A stretch of DNA of 64,000 bases from Podarcis melisellensis (Eukaryota). Below are positions 24,625 to 38,617 of this stretch, one piece after another. The notes under the pieces were generated by a model that was not told where the DNA came from, did no database searches, and saw nothing but the letters and a program-made list of their open reading frames with translations. Made by a program: the position numbers and the translations under genes. Numbering within the stretch: position 1 is the stretch's first letter; each line of letters begins with the position of its first letter. The stretch lies in NCBI GenBank assembly GCA_964234715.1, contig OZ174283.1; one strand, 5' to 3'.

Positions 24625-24864
24625 AATGCGGCCTTTTCCCTAATTTCATGCGGCCCTTGGCCTAATGTCATGCAGGTAACAAGGATGGAGATAATGGGAG
24701 GAATGAGGATGGCAGAGTGGGAGAACATGGCAAACAGAGTGAAAGAAAAAACAGGTGGCTTCATCCACTTTTGGCCCAACCCTACCCACCGCTTGCATGT
24801 GGTCCCCAACAGATTACCCCTGAGGATATGCGGCCCTCCACAGAAAAAAGGTTGCCCACCCCTG
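24625..24864. mobile_element. Partial hAT-type MITE
   Basis: Repeated atgcggccc motifs and an aaaaaggttgcccacccctg terminus; the other TIR was not found. Confidence 0.5.
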
Positions 24865-25993
24865 CTGTAAATAATGGGTTAAATGGTCAGTTGATACTGT
24901 TTGGGGTTTTTTGCCTACCACATAGCAATTGTCACAACCCATCTGGCAGTTAGGGCATTGGGTTGGATCCTTAGTCTAAGCAGGAAGGAGATTGGGCGTC
25001 CCAGCCCCCACTCCAGTGGATCAGGGTACCCTGTTAGACGGGTCCTAGGGGCAGTGCTTGTGTCCAGATGCCCAGATGTAGGTCATAGGGTGATCCTTAA
25101 CCCAGAGGCGACCCTGCCAATCAGTCATCCAGCAGTCGGGTTGGATGGTTCTGGATTCACTCCCACTGCCTATGCCAAAACTACCCAATCAGAACACAAG
25201 ATATTTTGGGCTCAAGGATAGACACCCACATACAAAATGCATCTATCTTGTGTTGATGTTCCACACAAAAACTATACTTACTTGTGGACTTGGGAGTGTA
25301 GTTACATTAAGTTGCCACAATAGGGCAGAGAGTAGGAAAGAGCTTTATCTCAGTGCCCTTTATTTCAACAATCATGAGGATTTCAGGAATGGAAACACTT
25401 AATTTCAAGGTTACATGAAATAATACATTAGACTGACAATTTCAGGAACAAAAGTGCTGGAGATCATAGAACGGAAATAGACAAAAGGAATAGCTGTTTT
25501 TACTCCCTTGATGGAAGACTTCAGGCTTAACACTGGTAGAATCAAAACATTAACATGATAGTGTTGTATCTTTATTTTTCTGTGGGTTAAAGCAAGATTT
25601 TCTGCTGTAGCTACTATTAGTTTTCAGTGCATATGATCTCAATGCTCAGTAAGAATATTACATAAATCCTCATATGTGTAAGAACAGGTGAGTCTTAAGA
25701 TATATGTGATTAGGAAATCTAATTTTAAAATACTCAAAGCTAACTGAAGAAAAGCTGTGGTAGATAGACATCACTAAATCTCCTGGGCAACTAATAGAGC
25801 ATTAGCTAAGATGTAGATTCCCCATCCTCTTGAGAGCTTCCTGAAAATGCTTTTATAGTAACTTTTTAAATTACATTTTCAAAGGGTTTTCCTTCCTCTG
25901 TGATCAGGTTGGATCAGGAATTTGGCTAATTATTGTGTTCTTTCTCCACCCCCACCCCATCGTCCTTTCTCCTGCTGTTTTTTTGTAATGCAG

Positions 25994-26179
25994 AAATCTG
26001 TTCTGTTGACTGTGGCACACATGGCGTCTGCATGGGTGGAACTTGTCGTTGTGAAGAAGGCTGGACTGGCCCATCCTGCAGTCAGAGAGCATGTCACCCT
26101 CGGTGTGCTGAACATGGAACATGTAAAGATGGGAAATGTGAATGCAGCCAAGGCTGGAATGGCGAGCACTGCACCATTG
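25994..26179 (+). CDS. TENM3: Teneurin-3 exon, EGF repeats 6-7
   Basis: gtaatgcag|AAATCTGT ... ACCATTG|gtaggc; 186 nt, phase 1-1. Confidence 0.96.
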
Positions 26180-29100
26180 GTAGGCTAACTGTGCTTTAAT
26201 ATTATTCTTCAATACGGAACTTAAAAAGCCAGAGGTCCTGACCTTGTCTGAATCAGAAATTTAGTACTTTGAAGCCTGTTCCTTCAAATGGAATATTTTC
26301 ACTTGTCAGTTTGTGTAAAGAAATTGTTACTTTAAAAAAAGAAGAAGAAATGATTATATGATGGATCATCAATCCTTTATCTCACCCCAGATGGAAGGGG
26401 CAAGAATCTCTATTCAATTTTTTCTTGGTTTTCTCTACACATAAGTTCACTGACTCCAATGATAACTATTTTAGTATTCTTGCTAATCAATGGATAAATC
26501 AGTTCATTTCTACCAGCTTTTCTGTTTTTAGCTTATAGTCGTGCATCTCATTTCACCTTTATTAACAAAGGAAACTAAAGAATTGTACATGAACATAAAA
26601 GCTGGTTTGTTTGCCAGGAAATCTAGTACCCTGAAATATTTTTTGTTGAGTTTTGTTAGCAGGCATAATGAATTATTTAACATTTCCACAAAGCTTCTGT
26701 TTCAACAAATTGAGCAACTTGCTGACTTTCAGCACTTCCATTCATAGGTTTGTTTGTTTTTTTGCAAGCAAGAGCAGAGGCCCTATGTTTTTGCAGTACA
26801 AGACTCATTTTTCCTTTACATCCTGCATATTATATGGATATAAAAGAAAGATGCCTTTTTTCTTTCTTAAAATTTTCTTTCTTAGAATTCTGTTATGTTT
26901 CTTTTCAGAAACCAGTCTTTGCCCAAATAACCTTTGATATCTAACTAAGTTGGATCCATGATAAGTCATTAAAGATCACAAAGAGGACAAATGAAGGAAG
27001 ACTTTTCATAGTTATCCTTCACATTTCGTCTCCATGTTTCCTGCTCCTTTTAAAAGTCTATGGTAAAATGAATGTGGGAGACAAAGCCTATCGCTAAGCT
27101 TTAGCTTGTCAGCTTGTAATTATTCAGCAAATCACTCTTCTGTTGGCCTCACCGACCTACATGGATTACAATTATATATGGATGAACTGTTCTTGCACAT
27201 TTTTTTCCAATGTATTAGACACAACAGGGTTTTTTTCATCAGCATTGGGAAGGCAGGGGGTTCGACTAGATTTCAAAACTATGCGTTGCCCGTGTATTTA
27301 TTGCATTACTGCTTTTGCAATAATACATTCATTGTTTTGGATATTTGTTAAGCTTTTAAACATTCAAGTGGTTTGGGTAGGGCTTCCATTTTCCTGCAAT
27401 GACTGACTAATTCCACAACAGTTCTAATCCCATATATATCCAGTTTCCCCTTATACCTAGTCATGGTTCCCAATAACTTTCAGTCTCACCAATCTCTTTA
27501 AACCCTAATCGATGGGGACAGAATTGCAGCCTGCAGCTATGAGAATAGTTATGCCAAAATGGATTAATGGATTATAAGTATACTTTGAAATTCCATTTAC
27601 CAATTTTAAACTTATAGAATACCAAATTTATTCATTTAATATTGGTGCTAGAGTGTATTTATTGATGACAACGACACATAAAAGCTGTCTTGTGTAATAT
27701 ATGCATGCATGTATGTATGTTACAAGAGTAAACTATAATTTCTTACACATGCAGGTCCTGCTATCCACTCGCTATGCAAAAATTAACTTATCTGAATATA
27801 AAGAATTATGTCCAAACCTTGCTGTACACTCTGCAGGTTCAGATATCTGAACAGCGGGAGTCTGCCTACTTTCTTGTTTGTTTGTGCTTTGATGTTTGGC
27901 TGCAGACATTTTTAGACAGAAACTGTGCAGAGAGGGAGGGAACAAGATCAGACAAATTGGCGAGCAGGAGAGATCAGACAGATCAGTTTTTGTTCTTTGT
28001 GAGAGACATGCTGATTGGCTGCAGCCATTTTAGGAAGAAACCATGGAGACAGATCTGACAAATCCCAATTACAAATGTTCCCCTAGGAATCAATGGAAAT
28101 TGTGGACTCGTTATGCAAACGCTCGCCTAATGAACAATTTCCATGGAGCATATACTATGTTTGGTAAACAGAAGCTGTGTGTATAAATAAATTCAATGAT
28201 AGAAAGCTTGAAAAGAGAAAATGGGTAGAACCAATGGGTTGGATCTCAAGATTCCATTCTTCCAACGAAAACAGTTTTCCCCCAACAGAACTGGTATTTT
28301 GGATCCAACCTTCTGTCAGTGCAGATAAAATAATGTTAGAGAAAAATAAAACCTGCATAATGTCAACAAAACAAAGTGTATTGCACCCAGCCCTTGTGAT
28401 ACTCCCAGTAAGTCTGTGATCACTATCCAATAGCAGTAGAAAAAGGAGTCTGCAATAATTGTCAAGAGGAATAACTTACACCACTTATATTTCTGAGAAT
28501 CTTTGTAACCCTATTACAGGGTTCAAATGGAAAAAAGGGGAAATAACACAATGCGGCATAATAATTGCACCATGTGCGTTTGTACAGCAATACTTACTAA
28601 TCGTACAATCATGATGCTTAATAAAACAAGATACAAGGTACAAGATTGAAATTCTGTCCAGATTCCAAATGTTTTAGTCTTGTATGTAGTGTTTAACAGC
28701 TAATTCCCCAGCTGTTAGTGTTTCATTTTCAAATTTTCACTGATTGGCTTCCTAAATCTCACATCAGCCTTGGTGTTTAACAGAGGTGCACTGACCAGCT
28801 TGACTACATTTTTTTTCCGGAACAAAGCATGTCTTTGTGATCATTAATGATCTTGCTTTCCAATGTAGTGAAGAAATAAAAACAAATTGCAGGTATTTCG
28901 TAGCTTAAAGGAATTAGGATTTCCCCTAGGCCAGATTTCCATTTGAATTGCCTGCATCTACATGAAAATCAATGTAACGCAATAAACAGCTTGGTGTTTA
29001 AAACACTATTAGCAGAGAACACCTCAAAGGACTACCTTTCCTTAAACTGGAGAGATGGGATTTTTGGGGGGCTTCTAAATATGTGCCCTGCTGAATTCAA

Positions 29101-30405
29101 ATAGAAAGAGTAATTGAAAATTAGGTGGGAAAGAAATGAAACATTTTCAAAAACTAATAGAAGTTCTCAGTGGAAATGTGCATCAGATGCTTCCTTAAAC
29201 CTATGTTTATTGATGGCTTGCACATCGTAGAGCTTTACTTCTCACTAATATGATCAGCATGCACTTCCTCGCTCTCCAAAGTTGAGAACTTGTCCATTGT
29301 TCAGAGTTACATGCCAGGAGAACTGCAAGCTTTTCATATTTTACCAAGTTAATAGCTGTGTTAACAAATAGCTGTGTGAACCCTTGTGAGCATACATTCG
29401 GTAAAAGTGAGCAGAACCTCTCCTTGTTTTCAAGTCCAAAGCTCATCTACACACATCAATTCAGACTGGCCTGGAGATCATCTGTCTTATCAGTCTTCTT
29501 CCTACTGAGTGCTGACGTGGGAGGCATTGGAAACCAGTGCTCTGTAACTGTTGAGATGCTAACCTAGTTTTAATATAGCTTTTAACTGGATATAACTTGT
29601 TTGAGCATCAGTTCAGAAGCAACAAATAATAATGAGTGGAGTCTCTAGTGGTTGGTGCTCATTGGGACAGGTAGGGCAGAAGGTGGGAAGCCCAGGCAGT
29701 AGGTGGTGCCAGAGACAATGATGGGCAGAGCCAACTTATTATTGGTTTGTCCTTCTCATCCTCCTTGCTGAGTTCTACAGGTGTAACACTGAGACTAAGG
29801 ATGACACGCATTACACACCCAGCCCAGGAAGCAGCAAACTTTGAAATGGGCCCAAGGCTGGGCAGCAGTTGTCTCCCAGTGGCTTGATCTTTTGGCCTTT
29901 TATCTTTGTCAACCTAGAACTAGGATAGCAAAGAAGAATGGGTAAGAGCTGGCTGTACTTGGGATATGACAGTGGACTGACCACTCTGCTCCTTACTGGT
30001 CCCACTTAAAATTGCCTTCATGGAAAGATAACTCTCTATAACGCTGGTCCATGTGGAACTGAGAATCAGACACTAAAATAGACACAGTGAATTTATAGCT
30101 TTCAAGATGTTGATGCAGCCACAGTTTTTAATATCCTTGGCTATCGAGAGCTGGAGCTGGAGTTCCAATAGCATCTGGAAAGCTACAAGTTCTCCATCAC
30201 TGCGCCAAAACCTGCTTGACAAAACTTACTGATAAGGTACATTGTACAATTCAAAGAATGCTGTAATGTTTTGAATGGAGGGACCCATTCTGTATTGCTG
30301 TTTCAGTTAATATATGTAGATTGAGTTCTTCTGTTGAACTGAATGCAGATACTGGATTTGGTCACTAGCATTTTGTGGTATTTATATGTTTTTGTATCCC
30401 ATTTC

Positions 30406-30865
30406 CAGGGCTAGTGCAAGACTTTCTGTCGCCTGAGGCATACTGGCAGCTGCCACTGCCACTGCCCCAGCATGTTGACCTGCTGCTGTTGCTTTTGCCA
30501 CTACATCATCAATAGCAACACAAGTATGCCAAGGCTGACCAGAGTCATCTCATCTGACAAAGTCTTGTGCTGCTTTGTTGCCATAGCAATAAATACATTT
30601 TTAACTTTAGGCTGCATTCGCCATGGCAATGCAGGGATCATGCAAGCACTCTCAGAGACCACTTTATCCACAATGACTTACTCTGAGGAAGAACTGTTCT
30701 TCAAAGTGAGGCATAGGTTATCTAGAGAGCCCTGTAAGAATTGCTACTGAGAGCTTTGCTGCAGCTTCACACTCCGTAGCAGACAGTGGAGGGAGGGGGC
30801 AGCTGGTGGCAGCACTGACCCACAGTCAGTGGCGAAATGGCACTGAGAGCGTGTCTGGGCTGGGA

Positions 30866-30935
<70 letters not shown>

Positions 30936-30997
30936 CAGGCCCTCTCCATCTGCCTGAGATAAAGGTCTCACTGTGGCTAATGGGTGGACCAGCCCTG
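30406..30997. mobile_element. hAT-like non-autonomous element
   Basis: TIR CAGGGCTAGT / ACCAGCCCTG; degenerate 8-bp flanks CCCATTTC / ACTATTTC. Confidence 0.55.
30865..30931. repeat. Compound (AC)n(AG)n microsatellite
   Basis: Directly visible. Confidence 0.97.
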
Positions 30998-33602
30998 ACT
31001 ATTTCAGAATAAAGTAAATTAAGTTCTCTTCTAAAATAATTATAGGACGCAATTGGACATGTGATGAAGTATCAATGAGATCAGCTTATAACTAAATGCA
31101 GAGTTGTGTGCTTAACTTTAGGTCCATGTAAGTTGCATTGATTCACACCCAACTGAGCAAGAGTGTAAAGTTGGAAGGGAGATTGTTAGCGATAGGCTAT
31201 TGTTTTTGCAATTTAGCTGACACTTATCTTGGGTAAATTAAATAACTGTGATGGGAACACTATAAAAGTGAATGCTTCACCAGCTGCTTTGCCATTAAAC
31301 GCATTTAGTCGAATGGAATTAGCAAATAATTACGTTGGTAGGAATCTACTATATTCAAGTGTTGTATTAGTGGCTCCAATTAAAAAGCTTCATAATTTTT
31401 TCTTTCTATACACATTATTATTGTTAGGTAATTTACATTGCAAATTAGAAAACCTGCATTAAAATTCTGCTGCATTCTGATTTGTCAACAGCCCTTTTGA
31501 AATAAATCTGTAACGTTAAATATGGGTGAGTAAGACCATCTGTTTAAAGAACTTGCCTGCAGCTCAAACACTTAGCTCACGAGAGGCATTACAGCTGTTT
31601 AATTGTTATGGTGTGGAAACAATGATCGTTCTGTCCAAAATTAATATTTATATACATATTCATGTGGTTCAAAGTAAGTGGTATAAATGCGAGTGTATAC
31701 CATTAAGCATTCAGAGAAGAGATGGAGTTAGGCTTTGGTGATATTTTAACCTGGCTGGGAGACATGTATATTTTAACCTAGTCTCAAATGGATGGGGGCA
31801 ATAAGCATATCATTAGTGGAATGCATCTCAGTGTATGAGGAAAACCAACTTAAGGAGACATGAATAGTTAACTGGGACTTCCCTGAGTTCTCTGTTTCTT
31901 ACAAGAAGGCTAAGCTGTTTAGAATGAATTGACCTTTGGGTTTGTGGAGCTAGGCAGAAAGCAGTTGGAGACATCTAGTAGCAGACTAGTCTGGATTACT
32001 TGAATCCTGTTTTTTGCACCTCCCATCAATTGGGAGGCAAAGTCAGGATTATTTGTACTGAATTGCTGGGCTCATGGAAGTACAGAGATTGTGTACTTGT
32101 CAAGTCTGTGGGGCAAGAAGGCAAAGGTGGGTGACTAGGGGGCTTTTTGAAGGTTATGGCTCCAGGGAAGACTATTTGAAACTGAAAGCACAGACAGATT
32201 TTATAATAGTGAGCTACTGCTGGTTCAGGCCTAGTGCAACAGAACCTGTAGCTTCTCAAGCAGCCTATTGTTTGTTACTAGATATATCTTGCTAGATGAA
32301 GCTGCTGGAAGTTTGTTCTCCTGCACGTTAACATCAAAAAATGGTGTGAGTAATGGCGAGATTTTAAAAGCTTGTTTTAAATGGCACTATAAATAAGACA
32401 GGAATTCTGTGCCATGGAGCCATGTACATATATGATTTTACATGGTTTTAACAAGGCACATAAATAGCACTTAGCTGCCTTCATACTGATAGCTAATTAG
32501 CAGTTAAGTAGTCCAAAGTCTACTCTAATCCTATTTGAAATGTTACAATAAAAACATAAATGCTCTTACCAGATTTAAATGGGGAACATAGAACTTTACA
32601 CAAGTAGTTTAAAAAAAAAAGCCCGCACGAAGGAAGTTTGTAAGTTTTAAAATTGCAGACGTGCTGCGAAGACATTGAAGTTAGTAGCAGCTATTGCACA
32701 GGAAATTGATAGATATACGAGAGGACAAAATGTTCAAAGAATACAGCTGGTCTGGCACTCTACAAGCTATGCAAGAAAAAGTGCAATCTATTACAATTGT
32801 AGGTTCAAATTCAGAATTATTCTTACTTCTGCAGAATTAGAAAGTGAAGAGTAAGCATTCTCTGTGGGAAGAAATAAAGGCCTCTGTCAGCACAGAACTT
32901 TGAACACTTCAGAAAATGACAGTATTTTGATAATAAAAGAGAAGACTTGGGAAAACAGAAATACCATCTGTCAATTCTGAAAATATTAGGTATTGCATGT
33001 GAAACTGAAGATATTATGTGACTGAATTTACAGCAATGTGACACTAATTACAATTAATGTAGACAAATAGTTTCAATTCAGGCCTGTGTGGAGGTTATGA
33101 AAGATTGCATAACTAAGCATAGCTACTGCTACATACTTGCACAGTTTTCTACCACAGAGTTACTCTGCAGTCATGTTAGGATATGCTGATATCAGTTTTC
33201 TGAATGTTTTAACATTCATGCAGATTGCACTGGAAAAATATGTTCATGGATGTCCACACTAATTTAAGCAGGTTGCTACGTTTCTTTTGAGGAAAGCTTG
33301 TCTTATTTTCTTTCTTTTCCTTCCTCTATGATAATTGGTTTCATGACTCTTTGGGCATTAAGCAGAACTATAACAAGGAGACTGCCTCCATCCTTTCTGG
33401 TCAAGTCCCAAATGGCATTAATTGTAAGGCTACCACAAGGTTAAAGGAAATATAGTAATTAATTTTCAATAATGGTTTATTTAATGCTTCATCACAAAAC
33501 TAATGCTCAAGCCCTAAACAGCTTTGCTGGCCTATTTGCCTTCAATCACAAAGCAAAATCCTTACCACCACACACAGCAGCACATGTCACCCTAAGCATT
33601 TA

Positions 33603-33843
33603 CAGTCATACCTTGGATCCTGAACGTCTTGGCTCCCGAACAATTCAGCTCCCGAACGATCAAAACCTGGAAGTGAGTGTTCCGGTTTTTGAACAATTTT
33701 CGGAAGCCGAATGTCTGGTGTGACTTCCAATTGCCTGCAGGACGCTCCTGCAGCCAATCAGAATCCGTGCTTTGGTTTCTGAACATTTTGGAAGTCTAAC
33801 AGACTTCCAGAACGAATTCCATTCGACTTCCAAGGTATGACCG
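33603..33843. mobile_element. Tc1/mariner (Tigger-like) MITE
   Basis: TA flanks; TIR CAGTCATACCTTGGA / TCCAAGGTATGACCG (1 mismatch). Confidence 0.85.
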
Positions 33844-36800
33844 TATTTCCTAGTTAGCACTAAAATCCATCTCTAAGAGTAATCTCTGTGTCTGGTATTC
33901 TTTTTATCTCCTAGGACTGCAATCCTTTGACCTGGGGTCGCAGAATACATCATGTAGATAACTCCATGATTGGAGAGCCAATATAGCTCCCTCTCCACGT
34001 CTGTAGAAACTTCTGTGGCCCTAGCAATGTTGGAGCTCTGATATTGGTGGAGCAAAATATGTTAGAGTGGTTTGGGGTGGGGGAGTGTTTCAGAGGACCA
34101 GGATAAGGCTTTGGGTCCCCTTTGGAACCAAAGGAGGAAATTCAGTTTCAAATATTAGAGAGGTGGGACCTTAAGTGACTCTGAGGTAGCTGAAATATAC
34201 TCAGGAGTCTCCCGTTACTTGTTCCTTCTCTACCCAATCCTGTATCATGCAGTAGATTTCTGGTACTAAATTACATCTGGTGATAACTACTGCCAAAACA
34301 TCACCAAGAATATTCATAGCACAGTGAGCATAACAACCTTTGTAAGTTTTCAAGGCTAAAAATTATGAAATTTCTCCAGTGAATCAGTCATTGTGCCCAA
34401 ATCTGAGTATGAATTCACCAGCTTGTGTTTCATGGAATTAGCCATTGGAATTTGTGTCGCACCTTTGCCTGCAAGTTTTATTTAAATTTCATTTTAAGTG
34501 GTAGGGAGGCATTTTTAATACCGGGTCAATTATTTTACCCCTAGCATGACATCTTAACTTACAGTCATGTTGAAAAGCTGTGCGCAAAACAGGATAGTTA
34601 GTATTTTTCTTTTTTATTCTAGCCCTAGACAAGAAAGATCATGGTAAGTGAAAATATCTCGTAAAGGGCACGAATAAACTAATATGAATATGAATTTGTT
34701 ATACTGCATTGAAAATTATGTCACTGCTATAATCCTTTATGACAGGGTAATCAGTAATAAAACAGTGCAGTGAGTACCAATTAAGGAACATCAAATCACT
34801 GAGCATGCTGTTCATGCTGATTTAAACAGGAGATGATTGGAATAAATGGATTTAATATATACTTTTTTGCAGGCTGTAGCTATCTACAGGAGCTAGCATA
34901 TGAATAATCTAAGGGGGATACCTACTTATATCTCTAATGGAAGACTAATGAAAAGCATTAAATTTTAGAAAGCCTGCATTAAGACCTGTTGTTAAAAAAA
35001 AACATAATAGTAAATGGGAATTTTCCTGCTAGCTTTAATAGTTTATTGCTGGAGAAATTACAATGGAGATGAATAATTTTTCTTCTTGTTGCTATGCTTG
35101 TTTTCACTCTGCAGTTTGTTGATGTTCCTTACATTAGTTGATTACAGAAGCTATTAGAAATCTTTTAAGTAATCTTATGTGAATCCTAATGTATTCCCAC
35201 TATGCCCTCCCACAATTATTGTCAAATTTCTTAATAGTACTAAGCCAACAAATTATATAATTCAAAATTTGTCTTATTTCCACCATTGTCATCTGAGAGA
35301 TTTTCTTAAGAAGCTGTGAGGTTCAGGGGTTTTTGGGGGGGGGGCGAGATGCTCATATTTTTCGAAGATCTGAGCTTTTGCTAGCAAAGCAACTATATTT
35401 TTATAGTGAAATTTGAAATTTTATAGTAAAATTTCATCCAGGAGGAAATGATACAGAGTGGAGAAGTAACAGGCACTACATAATCCTTTCTCTGCCTGCT
35501 TCTCAGCTCAGTATCAAACTACCTTGAGCTACTTCCACACCAGAGTTACAGAAATGTGTTTAACTGCTCTGTCTCTTTTCCATTGCACATCACCCTCCCA
35601 CAAGCATCATTTTTCTCGGGAAATAAATGGGATTCAAGTTTGTTACGCACCAAGCCTAGTTTTGCCCTTCTGTTCTCTGAGTATTTATTTTGGTATGGAG
35701 CTGTTATTTATGTACAGTATTAGCTATATTTATACTTCCACCAAATTTATGTTAATTATTGTAAGGGTGGTATTCAACTAAGTTTTACTCAGAATAGACC
35801 CACTGATATTAATGAACACGACTAAATTAGGTCTATTAATTTCAGAGGGTCTGCTCTGAGCAAAGAGTAAGTTTTGGAATATTGGTTGCAATGCCTTTGG
35901 CCATGGTTTTCATTTCCTCTCCCCCATTTCTAATACTGGAGCTCCTGACAGACCCTAGGCATGGCAAACGAGGAGAGAGAAGCCAATTGGCAGATGATGA
36001 TTGCATCGTATTATCTTCCTTTCTAGTCTTTATTCCCCATCTCCCATCGCACTCCTTCCAACCCTTTTGTACCATTGTCTTCAAACACAACTTAATGACT
36101 TTTCTTACACATCTTTTCCTTCCACCTCCTCTATCTAACCTAACCTTTTCTCCAGTCCAGATACTCCTCTATGTTACCTACTCACCAGTTAGCTCTATAA
36201 ATGCTGTAAGATTCCCCCGTTAAATCCCACCCTAGTCTTCCATTTCACATATTCCCTTCAGCAAGCTACCTCTATACTTAGAATGTTTCCCAATGGGGGA
36301 CTTAATATTGCCAACAGGTTGCTCAGATATCTCACACACGCAGGTTGTTGGCAACAGGTTCTTTTAACTTACTAGATTTTCTGTGGAAAGGATAAATCTA
36401 AATGAAATGATACACCAATGATATCATGTGGACACTGAAAAATTTGTGTGCATGAACACTCATTCCCTAATGAACACCATCCTGGAAGTACTCATGCTGT
36501 TTTTCTCCTCCCTTCCACCTTCCCACATCTTTCCTTAAATTCACCTCCCAAATGCATGGTTTCCTTTTTCACTTTCTATCTGTGTCTTGCTCACAGACGT
36601 CCCTATGTTCCACACTGGGTCCTGTACGATTCCATTTTATTCTTCCTTCCTATTCAGTGCATACACTGAGCCACTAATGGTATGGACACATGGAGCCATC
36701 AGTACAGATGTACATGACACATAACTTTTATCTTTCCGTATAGTCTGGTTCAAATCTTTCATTCTGCATGTAGCTATTGTAAATTGCACAGGGGTAGCCA

Positions 36801-36911
36801 TGTTTATCTGCTGCAGCAAAAAATCTGGGAATATTTCTGTTTTTATTGCCGTGTACCAATTGGAAGCAATGGTCAGGTATGCTTCCTGCCGGCGTCATCT
36901 AGGTACTAGTA

Positions 36912-37117
36912 CAAAGCTTTCCAGACTTTTCATGCTGGTGACAAACTTTTTAGACACACATCATTTCACAACACAGTAATTCAGTTTTGCTAGTAAACCA
37001 GAGGGTAAACTAACCACTTTCCAGCCCAAGGAGGAGCATGGGCAGCATTTATGCCACATGCCTACACACTGCAGCAGACACACTAAGGTGTCACGACACA
37101 CAATTTGGAAAGCTCTG
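36912..37117. mobile_element. hAT (Charlie-like) MITE
   Basis: TIR CAAAGCTTTCCA / TGGAAAGCTCTG; 8-bp flanks TACTAGTA / ATCTAGTA. Confidence 0.7.
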
Positions 37118-38590
37118 ATCTAGTAAGATGCCAACTTGTCTCCTAAAAGAAGTGAGTCACCAACCACATTTCACCTGTGCTGCAATGCCTGCCTTCTGTG
37201 CTCAGTTCACAGAAATCTATGTTTGTGCCTATCACACCTGAATATCCCATCGTAATCTCTCTTTAAGAGATTTGCTCATCAAGTTAAGATTCCAGGGATG
37301 CACCAAGCAGTAGCATTCTCCATGGTGCATTGAAAAATAGGCAGTCAGAAAGAGTACAGACTGGAATGGCACCAATTCACTCCACCATCTCATCCTGCAT
37401 AATGTCACTAATGACTCTTACAAAAAGGGAAAACCAGGTTCAGCTTCACTGATATTATCTTAGAGTGAATTCACATGTGCTGATTAAATCTACATTTGGT
37501 AAGTGTTTCAATGAAACTACCTTCCTAGATCAGTCGATACATGCTAGGCTAGGCTGTTGCCACTGCAAGTTGGGAGTAAATAAGCTACTCACATATTGTC
37601 TGCTATTTTGTTGGTTTGTTTGTTTGATTGACAATTGATATACTCCATTAGTGATTCCAGGTGCTTTATAGCATATTTAAGCAAAACAGTGCAATACAAT
37701 ACATAATGTACGGGTCACACTTATATTGAACTTAGCATACAGTAAGTGACTAGAAAATAAGGCACATGGTGTGTAAGTAAGTTACAGTGTTAAACATTAA
37801 GCAATTATTATTTAACCACTGCCCTGTCTTTAAAAAACAGCAGCCAACCTTTACTTGAAATGACAGCTACCTGTGGGGGAAAACAAATAGACTTTCTCTT
37901 ATTTTATATGTTACATGCTATGTTGTATATATGTATCTGTAACCTTGTTTCACTCTCAAATTTGAAAGTATCTGTTAGTTTCTTCTGCATTGCTAGGTAC
38001 CGCTGCTTTCAATGAAATAATATAGTTCTGTGTTTTGCATAATTGGCTAAGTGCGCTGAGACAAATAAGTGGATTGCAGAAGGATGTTGTTTCTTTTTTG
38101 AAGTAGTGATAATACAGGACAAAATTAAAATACAGTATTTTTTCTGTACAGAATGTCTGAACTGTACACAACTTGGAAATCAAATATATGGTTCTTCAGT
38201 TTGGCCAAGCTGTAAAGCTCATGTGTTATGTAACTGCTTTAACATGAACTGAAAATCAAAAAAAATTATGACTTTGGTTAGGTTTGCTCTACATAAAAGA
38301 CTAGGCATAACAAAAACAGCTATAAAGTAAACTGTAGAGTTTGAAATGTGTTGGTTTTTTAGTCTGAAAACGCATTTTTAAAATGCTGAGTGTTTAATCA
38401 AATGATGACTGTATATTTTGCTGTAGAGATAATCCTTTACATTTTTAAACACTGGGAAACTTTCTATGCGATGTGAGATCTCATTTCAGCAAATCACTGC
38501 TCTTTCTGTGTGTAAATTCTGAACAATTCCTTTCCTACATTACTCTTCTGAAACGTCTGTCTGTTCTCTTTTTTCTTTTTAATTCTCAAG

Positions 38591-38617
38591 CTCACTATTT
38601 GGATAAGATAGTTAAAG
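38591..38617 (+). CDS. TENM3: Alternative 27-nt microexon between EGF7 and EGF8 (AHYLDKIVK, splice site A)
   Basis: Long polypyrimidine tract, ttctcaag|CTCACTATTTGGATAAGATAGTTAAAG|gtactg; symmetric phase 1; the peptide matches the known teneurin EGF-region splice insert. Confidence 0.92.

Noticed and set aside
30744-31012. ER- and SL-repeat ORFs
   Set aside because: Translations of the (AC)(AG) microsatellite.
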